NCBI GenBank assembly: GCA_965649765.1
Contig: OZ287752.1
Location: 42,160,001 to 42,224,000 of the forward strand
DNA: 64,000 nt
From: Bispira polyomma
Taxonomy: Eukaryota
Direction of reading: 5' to 3'
Below are positions 13,001-24,581 of this stretch, one piece after another. The notes beneath the pieces were generated by a model. The model was not told where the DNA came from and searched no databases. It worked only from the letters and a program-made list of their open reading frames with translations. Within the stretch, counting starts at the first letter, position 1. Every line of letters starts with the position of its first letter. Position numbers and translations under genes: made by a program.

Positions 13001-14510
13001 GTATGGGAGATTTTTACAATGTTCTTTGGCATCATTTCGAATGTAATTCCAAATGTATCAGTAAATATGTAAATATAGTTTCTCATGTTACTAATTCACA
13101 ATTTTTGAGAAGTTGAACTTGAAATAATTTTTACTATTGGTAATTTTTAGGCAATATATCAAGTTTATATTTCGTAGGACTTTTCACCATCCCAGCTTAT
13201 TATCTAAACTTAACTCCTGGTGAGAATTTCCTTTTAACAAAGCAAAATTAACTGAAACCACTACTAATATTATAAGCTGCTGGTGTTACCACTGCAATGT
13301 GTATAACATCTGCTGAATGTCATTCTAACAGACAGAGCCAGGACCAGTAGGAGACACAGGACCACCTGGATCTAAAGGTACAGTGGGAAATACAGGTGTC
13401 AGAGGACCACCTGGTAACAATGGTCTAAAGGGTGAGTCTGGTAGTCCTGGAGATACCGGTAACCAAGGCAACAGAGGACTGAAGGGACTGGCAGGGGATA
13501 CCGGACCAAATGGACATCAAGGTGGTATTGGTGATCCAGGTTCACCCGGATTACTTGGCCAATCTGGTGCTCCATTTCTAGGTGTGTGTTCTTGTGTATA
13601 TCTACACCCCTTGTCATTAAGGTGTTTACTCTTTAGGAGATTCTTAAATGCCAGCAAAAGTTTATAATCCTTGGTACTTTTAAGTAAATACTGTTTCAAG
13701 TGAAGTAAATCTGTCTTCTGATGATAATTTATTAGTAGCAGCTTATTAAAGATAAATGTTTTTTCCAAGTTTATAATTAAAGATACAAGTTTTTACAAGT
13801 TTAGGACATCAGACAAGATTATGACAACCTGTGTAAGGGTACTAATGTGTAAAAAGAAATTAAGATACCAGTGGACATATATATAATACATACACTAATC
13901 ATGACTGCAATTTAATTACACCTGGAAATTCTCACATTGCAAAAAGTATATAAGATTGTATATAAGAGTATAGAGTTACTCTTTGGATGTAATTTAAGTA
14001 GTATGGTTCTTCAAAAAGTGAACATTAATGTGGAATCTTACCTATACATAACTTGTAAAACACCCAATGGTATACATTCTACTCAATACGCGTGCATATG
14101 CCAAAGATGTATGCTTGCCTTTTCCTATAGTTCCTGTAGTGACTCTTCAACTATGAAGGATAGTTCAGTATGATCATTTTATCTAATATATAATACCACA
14201 CACCTTTTCTATCAGAAGCATGGACATTTTTTATCCATTAATACCCTTAAATGCTACAGATCTTGCTATTAGTCGTTTATCAAGGAACATCTTGAACTAT
14301 GGTATGTGATTTTTCATATAAATGCTGTACCCTGCTTTTTACTTGTATGTCATTGTTTCAGCTGCTCTAAAGGAAGATTGCGCCTGCCACACGTTTCAGA
14401 ACAAATACCTGATCCTGGGTCTGATTATCTGGGCCGTGGTTCTGACATTGTTGATTGTTATTGTCACGTGTATAGCTGCTAAAGACTCATTGGAGATGAA
14501 AAACAGATGA
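7031..14510 (+). CDS. Gene A: predicted type I membrane protein with signal peptide, 2 uncharacterised QIW domains, Thr-rich stalk, collagen (Gly-X-Y)26 and C-terminal TM (541 aa)
   Basis: Exons 7031-7091, 7783-7994, 8361-8589, 9429-9494, 10258-10367, 11005-11109, 11804-12023, 12726-12949, 13332-13581, 14362-14510. All junctions are GT-AG with consistent phases; total 1626 nt with no internal stop. N-terminus MKLLILLELFVIQNVLPQTF is signal-like. TM is YLILGLIIWAVVLTLLIVIVTCIA. Confidence 0.85.
8040..8250 (+). mobile_element. L2-clade LINE 3' end fragment
   Basis: Matches the reverse complement of the 3' end of the LINE at 58220-58440 (cacatctgtatca.ctcg ... cacagaggatgc.tggtc..cgattgtgg.gc.atagaagtaaaa). 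Confidence 0.6.
8655..8857 (-). mobile_element. tRNA-derived SINE
   Basis: The minus strand has a tRNA-like head (gtgtagtggtaacacactcgcttcccacctctg) and the tail type seen in the window's other SINEs. Similar to 44146-44372. Confidence 0.6.
9590..9768. mobile_element. pogo/Tigger-like MITE (degenerate)
   Basis: Ends agtagaacc ... ggttctactg followed by TA. The left TA is not intact. Confidence 0.45.
10701..11015. repeat. ~80-bp tandem repeat (~4 copies) overlapping the gene A exon 6 splice acceptor
   Basis: The core gtactagtttg(c/t)tgtctttcca recurs at 10741, 10820, 10900 and 10982. Confidence 0.9.
12040..12601. mobile_element. Probable Harbinger-like non-autonomous remnant with G-rich 11-12 bp repeats
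   Basis: The right end tgtgaatgcacca is followed by TAA. Six units of (cg)atgccgggg(g) lie at ~12508-12575. The left TIR is not recognisable, so the left boundary is approximate. Confidence 0.4.
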
Positions 14511-15039
14511 AGACAGAGGCTGACTGTTTTAGTGCTATATATCTAACTATCGAACTACAATTAACATCTATTATATGTGTGACATGTTATTGGACTGTTT
14601 CATTATTTTTGATTTACTTCTTGTTTGGTGTACACTTACTGTTGTAATATATGGACCAGTGTTCTAATTACATGTGAAGAGTATGTTGTCTATATTTAAA
14701 CATCCTAAATACACTTCTGTAAAATAACTTGAAATTACTGTTCACTAACTTGTTTACATTCACTGAAATTTATACATTCAGTCTGAATTAGTGACGCCAT
14801 TGGTTACCAATATTTGGACTTTACCATCAAAAGAGATTTCATGTAATTGGCCCTCATTCAAACCTAGATGTAATTCTGGACCTCTATACTTATACGGTAC
14901 ATTGTGTTTTTGGAGTTAATTTGAAACGTCTTAGATTGTATTGCGATGGCCACATTTATTAGTATAGGAAACGAATAGTATGGGATTAAGAACTACAATG
15001 CAAATGACGTGGTAATCACTGTGGTCTTTTACCACCGAG

Positions 15040-15540
15040 CCACTGCAGTCAGTTTAATACTAGTCTCACTCTTTCAGAATTTAGTTTGGTTTTACATTGT
15101 TTTCAACAGTTTTGTTCATATCATAAGACTCCTTTTCTTAAAAGGTTTCGTTGGTTACCTGTCAAGTACCACACCATTTTTAAGACCAATGTTGTTACTA
15201 CATACAAAGCTGTAAACCTATGTCAGCCCCCATACCTTGCCTCACTGTTGTCTTTCAGCAGGCTTGTCAGGGGAAACAGAATTTCAGTCTCTGACACTAG
15301 AACTAGTAAACAGATTGGATCCTATGCCTTCTCTGTCGCAGCACCTACTCTATGGAATAATTTATCAACCAATGTACGATCCAAGGAAACCTCTCTGGCT
15401 TTAGAAGTAACCCAATCATGAATTTGCTTTGGAAATGCACTACGATTTTTACAACTTTGTCAATGATGTTGTGCTTTAGAAGATGCCAGGCATCAATTAG
15501 GCGGGTTAAAACTCTATCATATCAAATATTGTATTATTAT
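15040..15540 (+). mobile_element. L2/CR1-group LINE 3' fragment (decayed)
   Basis: Translation RWLPVKY..IFKT..TTYKAV...PPYLASLL...GSYAFSVAAPTLWNNL is typical of the C-terminus of L2-type ORF2. The tail gtgctttagaagatgccaggcatcaat is shared with the copies at 25305 and 31074. Confidence 0.75.
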
Positions 15541-15716
15541 GACCGCCAGATTCTATGGTGGAAGAAACCAGTGTTAAAGAACTGTAAACCACCGACCTGT
15601 GGCAAGTCCCTAACAAACTTTATCACATAAAGAAACAAACAGGATTCAAACCCACATTGGTAAGAGGCCAGTGATTTGAAGCAGGTGCTTGTAACTACTA
15701 ACTCACCATGGCCCCC
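15541..15716 (-). mobile_element. tRNA-derived SINE (MetaSINE-like body)
   Basis: Homologous to 40970-41140 and 43279-43476 (ttacaagcacctgcttcaaatcactggcctct...gggtttgaatcc). Confidence 0.7.
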
Positions 15717-16624
15717 ACAATGACAAGTTAGGTTAAAAAATCATGTCCGCTCCTGATAGACTGAAGAAAATGTTGACAAAATTTATTAGGAACCAGAAGC
15801 TCATGATAGACATCTTGATGACTCTTGGATAATCTACACGACTTGTCACAAGTCAGCTTGCAGCAGGTTAAAAAAACTTAAACAAACGTTTTGGGACATT
15901 TGTAAGAACTCTTGCATGTACTTGCATTAGTCATGAGTCACACAGAGTTCAACTAGAGCTATCCAGAGTTGACATGAGGATTTTCACCGAGCTGCCTGGA
16001 GTCAGTCCGAGCTAAGCACGACCTACAGAGTTTATCAAGAACTGCCCGAGTAAGGTGTCCCTTTTTAGTATATGACTTGTCAAGGAAGCAGAATTAACCA
16101 AGAGTTAGGACTCAGTCTTAGTCTGCCTTTTCCGGCATAACTTGGCGAAACTTTGCTTTGTGTGTGAGGGTAGCTTAACTGTATATATTTGAGGTATTAT
16201 CTCACATGAAGTTAACTACAAGAGTACCAGCCCAGGTATTCAGGGTGTGATATCAACGAATTTGATTTTTATAAGATTCACTGGTCTTTTGTGGCCTAAT
16301 GGTCATGGGTTTGACCTTGTGCTGTGATGGTCTCTGGTTCAACTTCTGGTAATATCACATTGAATGTCGGTTGATAACTTGCCTAATTCAAAATGTGAAC
16401 ACATAACTGCCTATTGATAATGACCGATGATGTGGTGTAGGATCCAACCCCTTCATGGAGAGCATAGAGTTATATATCAGCACTTTATTTTATCTAGTTA
16501 TATATTTAAAACAATGATCAAGAGTTTCTTGTTCCTTGGACACAGAATCCTTTGACAAGCCTAGATTTTCTTCAAACCCAACGCAATATGCATAGTTATT
16601 GTAATGCCATGATACAATTTGAAT

Positions 16625-16820
16625 TTAGTAGGGTTTTATGTCGCTTTCAACAGCTTAGGTTATACCTCAATGGTCAGATTTTAACGTGGCAGAAACCAGT
16701 GTTAATGTGCTGTGGACCATGGCAAGTACCTGACAAACCTTCCCACTTTCCGGCAGTTCGAACCTACGATGGTGAGAGGCCAGTGATTGTGAAGCAGGTG
16801 CTTGGAACTACTGAGCCACT
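16625..16820 (-). mobile_element. tRNA-derived SINE, same family
   Basis: The minus strand has gtggctcagtagttccaagcacctgcttcacaatcactggcctctcacc...ggttcgaac and the tail cctaagctgttgaaagcgacataaaac. Confidence 0.7.
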
Positions 16821-18696
16821 ACCATGATACAAAGACCAGGATATATTTACATATAGTATTTATCACAAGGTCATCAACGCCTTAAAGTACAAAAATCTCT
16901 ACTTCCTGTAGTTGTAAACTGCACTGTAAATACTTTTAATCCTTTATTTTCACAAATAGGGTTATCGTGTGAAGGTCACTGCAGAGGTCACAAACCTCCT
17001 CAGAATCTGCAAGGTTACTGTAAATCTTTACCCTGCTATAACTGTAAGCTGTATGCTACACATGTTATATATACTGGACTATATAGTTAAAGGAGGCCAA
17101 CACAGGAGAAGTGAGTAACCGCATAGCAAAACCATCTGTAAAAACCCTTTTTGCCTTGAAACATTCTTCTGGAGTGACAAAGTAGTATGGAAAAGACCCA
17201 GATACTAATAAATCTCTCTATGTGAGTACAACTTTATACCATGGACCATATTCATTAAAGGGCTAGGTTTTAAGTTTAACATTTTTGGTCTTTGATTTTG
17301 GCTGAAAAGTCTTAGATTTTGGTCCTGGTGACTCTGTGTTAACTTTGCCTAAATATTTTAGACATTTTTGTTGACCTTTGTAATTATGGCCCCTGGATTT
17401 TACTCAATCAAATGCATTTTCACAGGACTTTTTATCCACGTTATTTAACATATAATAAAATACACCAATAGTATACAGTACCCTGGATACATAATTTTAA
17501 AAAGACTTTCACACAAAGTACTGCATATACCAACAGTTTTCGCTTCTTTGAATGCATACAAATTAATGTAATGACTCGGGGTTTCAGTCAGCCGTTCTTA
17601 ACAGTTGTATTTATTATATTTATGTTCTTCAATTTTATGGGTGTTTTTATGTTGCAGAACTTTACATTACATCTTTATGAAGAAATATCAATAACCATTA
17701 TCATTTTTGCGTTTTATTTTCTCTTTTCTTTCGATTGTCTGTCATTCTTTATGTGGCCTAAAGTCAGCTGTATACTTTTTATGGCCACCTTTCACCCGTT
17801 GTTGCGTCAATAGTAGAATTCACCTTGTGTGTGATTTATTTTGCCTTTCAACAGAAGGTAAATTGTAGTGTGTATTAAAATGGACTGTCAATTACACACA
17901 CCTATATACATATGTGTGTTGGTAGAGAATAGATTTATAGAAATACATTGTACTGTAATGTGTATAACTGACATGCCAATTTGGGCAAACACTAAATATT
18001 AAATTGACCTTGTAATTCTAATTAAGGTCTGATAACATTATTCTTCGTGAAGAATTTTACTGAAGTATACAACTGATATTTGTGTGGTTATATGTTTTCT
18101 TCCATCTAGGATAAAACATTATTTTAAGAATTTGGACCCTATAAAAGATATAAAGCCGCCCATAAAAATAGTGATTTATATGCAAGTCATGACCAAGTCC
18201 TCGTTTAAGACACACAAAATGCAGTAATAAAAGTTATTCAAAACACAAGTTTATGAATGTCGAATTTTCTTAGTCCAAAACATTATCCTTTATTACTTTA
18301 CTACTAGTCTTGTTATTTATTGATGTATAATGATTTCTTGAAAGTGATTTATTTTTGTAACAAAGTTTCTTACTCTTGTGTGTGAATTGTTAAATGAATG
18401 TCTGGCTAAACTAGGTTATTGGAGATTGCAACCCCATTGCAATCTGATATAGCAATTGCAAATTCGTATAAGGTGTCATTATACATTCTTGTAAATAACT
18501 ACATCTAGTACAATTTCCAACTACTTTTTGTGTGTTGCCAATGTTTTAGTCTTTGTCTGAATGGCATACTTTTAGCTAAACACAAACCAAAGTTAGAACC
18601 CAGGTCTTCAGCACTTGTAATATGCCGGGCATAGACTATGGTGTCACAAAAAAAATACATTTTGCATTTTCTTTATTTTAGCCTTTATCTGAATCA

Positions 18697-19564
18697 GCTG
18701 CAGTATAAGGGCCATAGAGGTACCTAAGTGAGAAACATATCTACTATTTTTTGAGCCATGTAAGTACCTGGGTGAGAAACCTCCTGTAGTATGTGGGCCA
18801 TGTAGGTACCTGGGTGAGAAACCTGCTGTAGTATGTGGGTCATGTAAGTACCTGAGTGAACAACCTCGTATAGTATGTGGGTCATGTAAGTACCTGAGTG
18901 AGAAACCTGCTGTAGTATAAGGGCCATGTAGGTACCTGAGTGAGAAACCTCGTGTAGTATGTTGGCCATGTAAGTACCTAAGTGAGAAACCTCCTGTAGT
19001 ATGTGGGTCATGTAAGTACTTGAGTGAGAAACCTCCTGTAGTATGTGGGTCATGGAGGTACTTGAGTGAAAAACCTCCTGTAGTATGTGGGCCATGTAGG
19101 TACTTGAGTTAAAAACCTCCTGTAGTATGTGGGTCATGGAGGTACCTGAGTGAGAGACCTCCTGTAGTATGTGGGTCATGGAGGTACTTGAGTGAAAAAC
19201 CTCCTGTAGTATGTGGGTCATGGAGGTACCTGATTGAGAAACCTCCTGTAGTATGTGGGTCATAGAGGTACCTGAGTGAGAAACCTCCTGTAGTATGTCG
19301 GTCATGGAGGTACCTGAGTAAACAACCTGATTAAGTATCTGGGCCATGTAGGTACCTGAGTGAAATACCTGTTGTAGTATGTGGGCCATGGAGGTACCTG
19401 AGTGAACAACCTCCTGTAGTATGTGGGTCATGTAGGTACCTGAATGAGAAACCTCCTGTAGAATGTGGGCCATGGAGGTACCTGAGTGAGAAACATGATG
19501 TAGTATGTGGGCCATGTAAGTACCTCAGTGAGAAACCTGCTGCAATATATTGGTTATGTAAGTA
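18697..19564. repeat. 42-bp minisatellite, ~20 copies
   Basis: Consensus cctgagtgagaaacctcctgtagtatgtgggtcatggaggta. It produces the 263-aa minus-strand ORF of 14-aa repeats. Confidence 0.95.
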
Positions 19565-21137
19565 TTAATGTCTGATGCATTCGTGAAATGTGAGATCTGA
19601 GATCACGCCATTACAAAAAAAAAATGCTTTTCGTATTTTCCAAATTATTTGTCTTAGCTTGAATTTTAAGTAACATGTGAGCTGTACACGTACATGAATA
19701 CACTGTCATAGTGAACACTGATTTAAACATATTTATGTTACTTTGGCAAAGCATTTTTGATCATCATAACCAAGCTTTAGGTATAGCCTACTGGTTCACT
19801 CAGGTTCATGCATGACCCAGCAATGTAGTTAGACAATCACAAAAATACATTTCTGCAAACCTAGATAATATATTTTATGGCATGATGGGACGCATAAACA
19901 GATGTATTATTAAAGATATCCATTAGCTTATCTTATCTTTAGTGTCGGTCCTAAAGTAATTACCTTTTTGCACACATAGTAAAAAATAGCAGCGCTTTGA
20001 CTTATTCATTGTTGTTAAAAGGGTAATATTACGTGGTTTCATTACTTTCAAATTTCTTATTTCTTGGGTCCTGCATAAAAGACTATATGCATTATATATT
20101 TAGTTTAGGATTTTGGACTGATTCCATTATGTTATTTATATGTGTGCTTTGATCCACCTTATGTAAATGAAGATGCTTTTAGAGGTTGTCATAATTTAAA
20201 CACGCAGTCACCTTTCCTGAGATAAACAAAAATTCCACACAGTGTAAAGTTCCAGTAAGTTTATAGGCAAGCCTTAAACAAGGCTTAAAAGGTCAAAGTA
20301 GGAAAACAAGAAATTGAAAATCAATTCAATGGCACATATAATATATGTAAGAGATATGTATCAATATTCTTACTATTGATTGTTGATGTATTGAGGTATT
20401 TGTTTTAATGGATAATTTTTCTCAATGACAATTTGATTTCTCATCTTGGGTATCTGTTTCAACGTCACTAAAACTGTGCATAGTATACTATTATCGACAC
20501 TAGAGAATTGTTCAGGTAAAAGATATACAGATGAATAACTTGTGTGAGTGTAATCTAATCTAACTCACCAGCATACAGTATGTGGATAACTAAGATTCAC
20601 AATAAACATTTGGAGGCTTAGAAGACATTTATTAAACAGCATCTATATATTGTTGCTTATTTTTTGTTAAGATAAAAATTAATATTCTGTGATACACAAC
20701 TAGGATATACCGCTGATAGATGTTGGAATCCTCTAGGCTTTGCTATACCAGGTATTATTTATGCGATATCACTTTATTTTAAATTGTAAAGTTATACAGT
20801 GTCCAACTTGCTTATGAAGAAACAATCTGGTTCAATAAAAGCTGGCAGAGTTTAAGGTATCTCTTATTTTACAGACGGAGGTGAAAAATCGCCTAAATTT
20901 AGGCAATTTTGTGGGAGTTTATATTTTATGGTTTAAAATCGTTACTATTTGACAGATTATTTCACAAATGAAACATCAATAAAACCCTTATAATGTAACT
21001 AATTTATTTATGTATTCATTTTAATAATTTTTATTTACAATTTCACAAAGCAATCAAAATAAAAAGCTATGCGATTACAAGGTGATGATATATTTTTTAA
21101 AAAGAGCTTATTTGGACCTTTAAATATCAAATTACTA

Positions 21138-21291
21138 CAGTCAAACCCCTTTAAGTAGAACTCTGATAAGTGGATTTGCATGTTAAGTAGAAGTTATTTT
21201 CAGGTACCATTTCTATATTTATAATTAACATTTACCCTGTTAAGTAGAATGTTTATGGTCCCTTTAGATTCGACTCAACATGGTTTCACTG
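21138..21291. mobile_element. pogo/Tigger-like (Tc1-mariner superfamily) MITE
   Basis: TA-cagtcaaacc ... ggtttcactg-TA, with a repeated internal taagtagaa motif. Confidence 0.75.
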
Positions 21292-21555
21292 TACATTTAT
21301 TTATGTGACTTTATACTGTATAACAGCAATATATATTTATGTTTTCAAAAGTCTAACTAATTAAGAATGACATGCATTTTAAATGCCAATTTTTATATTG
21401 CCTACAAAACCATCAAATGTCATACCATTATAGACACATTTATGTAATCTATGTATTTAAGCAATTTCAAATCAGTTTATAAATGAGGATTTAACAGTGA
21501 AATAAAGTTAGTGGTTGACTTTTGCGATTTTTAAGTGATTCTCTGTATCGCCTTA

Positions 21556-21998
21556 GTGAACGTTTCCATGCAGGCAACTTTCTGAGGCGACCAGCCGACG
21601 TATAACAGGCAATTTTCAATTTTTATGTTTCTATACAATATTTGAGAAAAATCGATACCTGTATTTAAACCTGAATATCTTAGCCATTTCTCAACCGATT
21701 TTGATGCAACAAAAAGCACAATATACCCGATAAAATAAGCTTTCTGACCATATTTTCATTAAATTTATACCTTTAGTAATTTTTGAGTTATTTAATAAAA
21801 CGGCAATGTTTACAAGGCGACGGGCAATGCCAGGCGATTTTTTTTCACTCCTAGTACCGAAAAAATCGCCTGGCATTGCCTGTCACCTATCGGCATTGCT
21901 CACATGGAAACACTTGGTTATAAATCAATGAAATTGGTAGAATCGCCGTCGGCCGTCGCCTGATCGCCTCAGAAAGTTGCCTGCATGGAAACGCACAC
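21556..21998. mobile_element. PIF/Harbinger-like MITE
   Basis: ~35-bp near-perfect TIR gtg(aa/tg)cgtttccatgcaggcaactttctgaggcga. TTA TSD at 21553-21555 and 21999-22001. Confidence 0.85.
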
Positions 21999-22840
21999 TT
22001 ATGGAGGTTGGCGACAACCTCTGTAAAATAAATGGTACCCAGAGTTTGCACATTCATGTATGTCAACGTCAGACTGTCAGTGTTTATAGAAAATGGGATT
22101 TTAAAAGGGTTCTATTATTTGAGGGTGTAAATTCTGAAGTCAGTTAAGACTCATTATGGTTGCAGAACTATACTATAAACCTACACTTTTACATTTACTT
22201 TGTTTCAGATACTTTTTCAGTGATTTTGCAATGTTCCTGAAAATGAGCCCATATATTCAGGTCATACATACGGGTACTTCACAGAAGACTAAACAAACAA
22301 AAACTGTCTTTGAAACTTCCTTTTGACACCCGTAAACAACCAAAAGACTGATCAACAAAGCAGAATGAATGATACCCTCCATTTCTGAAATCTCTATAAT
22401 TATTTAAACTCTTAGCTCTCCCCCCCCCCCGCCCCCCCCCCCCCTTTCCCCCAACACAAAGCGACCTGACAGACAATAGGGGTCTATTTTCTAAACAACA
22501 GATCATGTTCCTTTTGTTACACATTGTTTTGAAGAGATCTTGGTGGAGTGGCTTTTTGACCAGTTGGTGTCACTTACCTGGAGAGTAAATAACCTTTCAT
22601 TGGCAACGTGACTTTTCCCCCTTGTCAGTTTGTAAAATAAATATGTTTTTCTCAGGCTTAGTTTTTCATGTGTTTAGATGGTAAATAACCACTCGATGGC
22701 ATGATTTGCTTTGTTATATAGCCTCTCAAAGATTCATATTTAGAAAACTAAACACTAGTTTTACAACTGACTTTTTATATTATATATTTAGCACCAAATT
22801 TGTGACAATATATGCCAAGATATATTGATATGTTGATACT

Positions 22841-24248
22841 TGTTTTATTGTGTGTTTACGTAATGGGCAGAATATGGGATGTCATTGTACACAGGTCCTT
22901 AGTATAAACCTTTCACCGAAAATCTGTAATATTTGAAGACCCCCTCCGGTTTTTGTTTTTCATTTGGTGTTCTCCAAAAGGGTTTGTTTTAAAGCATCTG
23001 CTTTTATAGCACTAGCGTCTCACCTCTAAGGCCAGTGGATTTAAAACCTACTCTTCGATCATATTTTATCCCAGGAATTTATCAATCCAGAGACCATATG
23101 CATCAATATTCTCAAAAGACAATATTTACAATTTTCCAGCCCTGATAGCACTCTGTCTGATCCTACCCAACTAGGCCGATGAAGATCATAGACTACCTCC
23201 TGACCACTAGACTCAAGGAGACATAAATACTGAGCCTGGATAAGGCTATATATTAGTAGATAAAAAAAACCCTTAAAGATAGTAATTTAGGGCCGACAAA
23301 AACCCCTCTAGATCTCAAAGTGGAGTGGCATCAAACACCAATGGATGTATGGAGAGCCTGTTACACGTGTCTCTGGGAACGAGATAAACACCTCTTCTTT
23401 TGTTTTGTAACATTTCATTTACATTTCACATTGTTCTATAATTACTCAAAAAGTTGTCGATAGGAGAGGGATGATATATATGATACTGCGACAAAAACGT
23501 ATTGGATTATGATAAGGTGTCACTTTGATCCTTTCTAGTATGACTTCAAGTTGACTAGCTGCCAATTTAAATGTAAGTGACCTTAAAGTCAACTCAATGC
23601 ATTTTGGAGAGTAGATGAATTGCAAGAGAATGGACCTAGGTTCTATCCCCGAGTCTACCATAAAAAACTGTTGGTTATGAGCTGCCTATGTGACTACATC
23701 CCATTAACCTTGGGGACACTGATATATAGTAATCCCCAAGGCTGTATGTTAAACTTAATGAGGGCAAAAGAAGGCACCAAACAAACAGGATAGTATACTA
23801 ATAGAAAAGTGTTGATATATCAGTGATATAGTGTGCAACTGTGTATTGGATGTAACAAATGGGCATCAGTGCCACCTAAAAGTTACCTTCTAAATCCATA
23901 AAAAGTGGTGAGATAATAAATGAGCTATTATATTATTTTTATTCCCTCACATGTGTCATTTTCATGGATTTTAGTCAGGTTTTAATACCATATAATCACA
24001 CATGGTTGGGGGACGTATTTTAGTTTCAACTCAACTTACACTGCCAGATAAATCTGGAAGTTAATGGTTAGCCTTAGTCCTTCAAACCATTGTGTCGGAT
24101 GTGATCTATATCTGTTTTATTGTGTGTTTATGTAATGGGCAGAATATGGGTTGTTATTGTGTACAGGGGCTTGAAATGGCTATTTATGACTGAAATATAC
24201 CACAGGTCCCTGGTATAAACCTTTCACCGAAAATCTGTAATATTTGAA
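22841..24248. repeat. Pair of ~100-135 bp direct repeats (22841-22938 and 24113-24248)
   Basis: Both copies read tgttttattgtgtgttta(c/t)gtaatgggcagaatatggg...tataaacctttcaccgaaaatctgtaatatttgaag. The second has an extra ~38 bp. Confidence 0.85.
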
Positions 24249-24581
24249 GGTCTCCATTTGTGAGAGCTGACTTGTTGGATCTTTGCATATTGCATTGTGT
24301 TAGAAGAGAAACTGCATGTCTATAAATTTGGAACAAAATTGTACATAAACTGATCACAAAAAAATCTAAGGGAATAAAATATAATATTCAAAAATTTAAA
24401 AAATTATTATTATTTTTTTCAATATTTTAGATTACAACTGGGTCAGGCAATTGGATATATATAACCTAGATACACTTAGTCAATGCAAACTGTCACGTTA
24501 TCCTTGACCTCGATTGGGCCTGTACTTTGAAACTACATTGTTAATGGATGTGTAGACAGTAACCATAGTGACGTCACAAAG

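Larger units (their letters stand above)
20854..22039. mobile_element. Older TIR element hosting two nested MITEs
   Basis: Ends ggtatctcttattttacaga ... tctgtaaaataaatggtacc, flanked by the 8-bp direct repeat cagagttt (20846-20853 and 22040-22047). Confidence 0.55.

Noticed and set aside
15720-16178. Possible Harbinger-like element ending tgtgagggtagct-TAA
   Set aside because: Only one terminus was found, so its boundaries cannot be supported.
17081-17116. Possible upstream non-coding exon of gene B (donor GTGAGT at 17111)
   Set aside because: There is only an isolated donor, with no matching evidence for an exon or acceptor.
18724-19515. 263-aa ORF as a protein-coding gene, or the array as CRISPR
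   Set aside because: The ORF is explained by a 42-bp tandem unit (a multiple of 3). There are no unique spacers and the context is eukaryotic.
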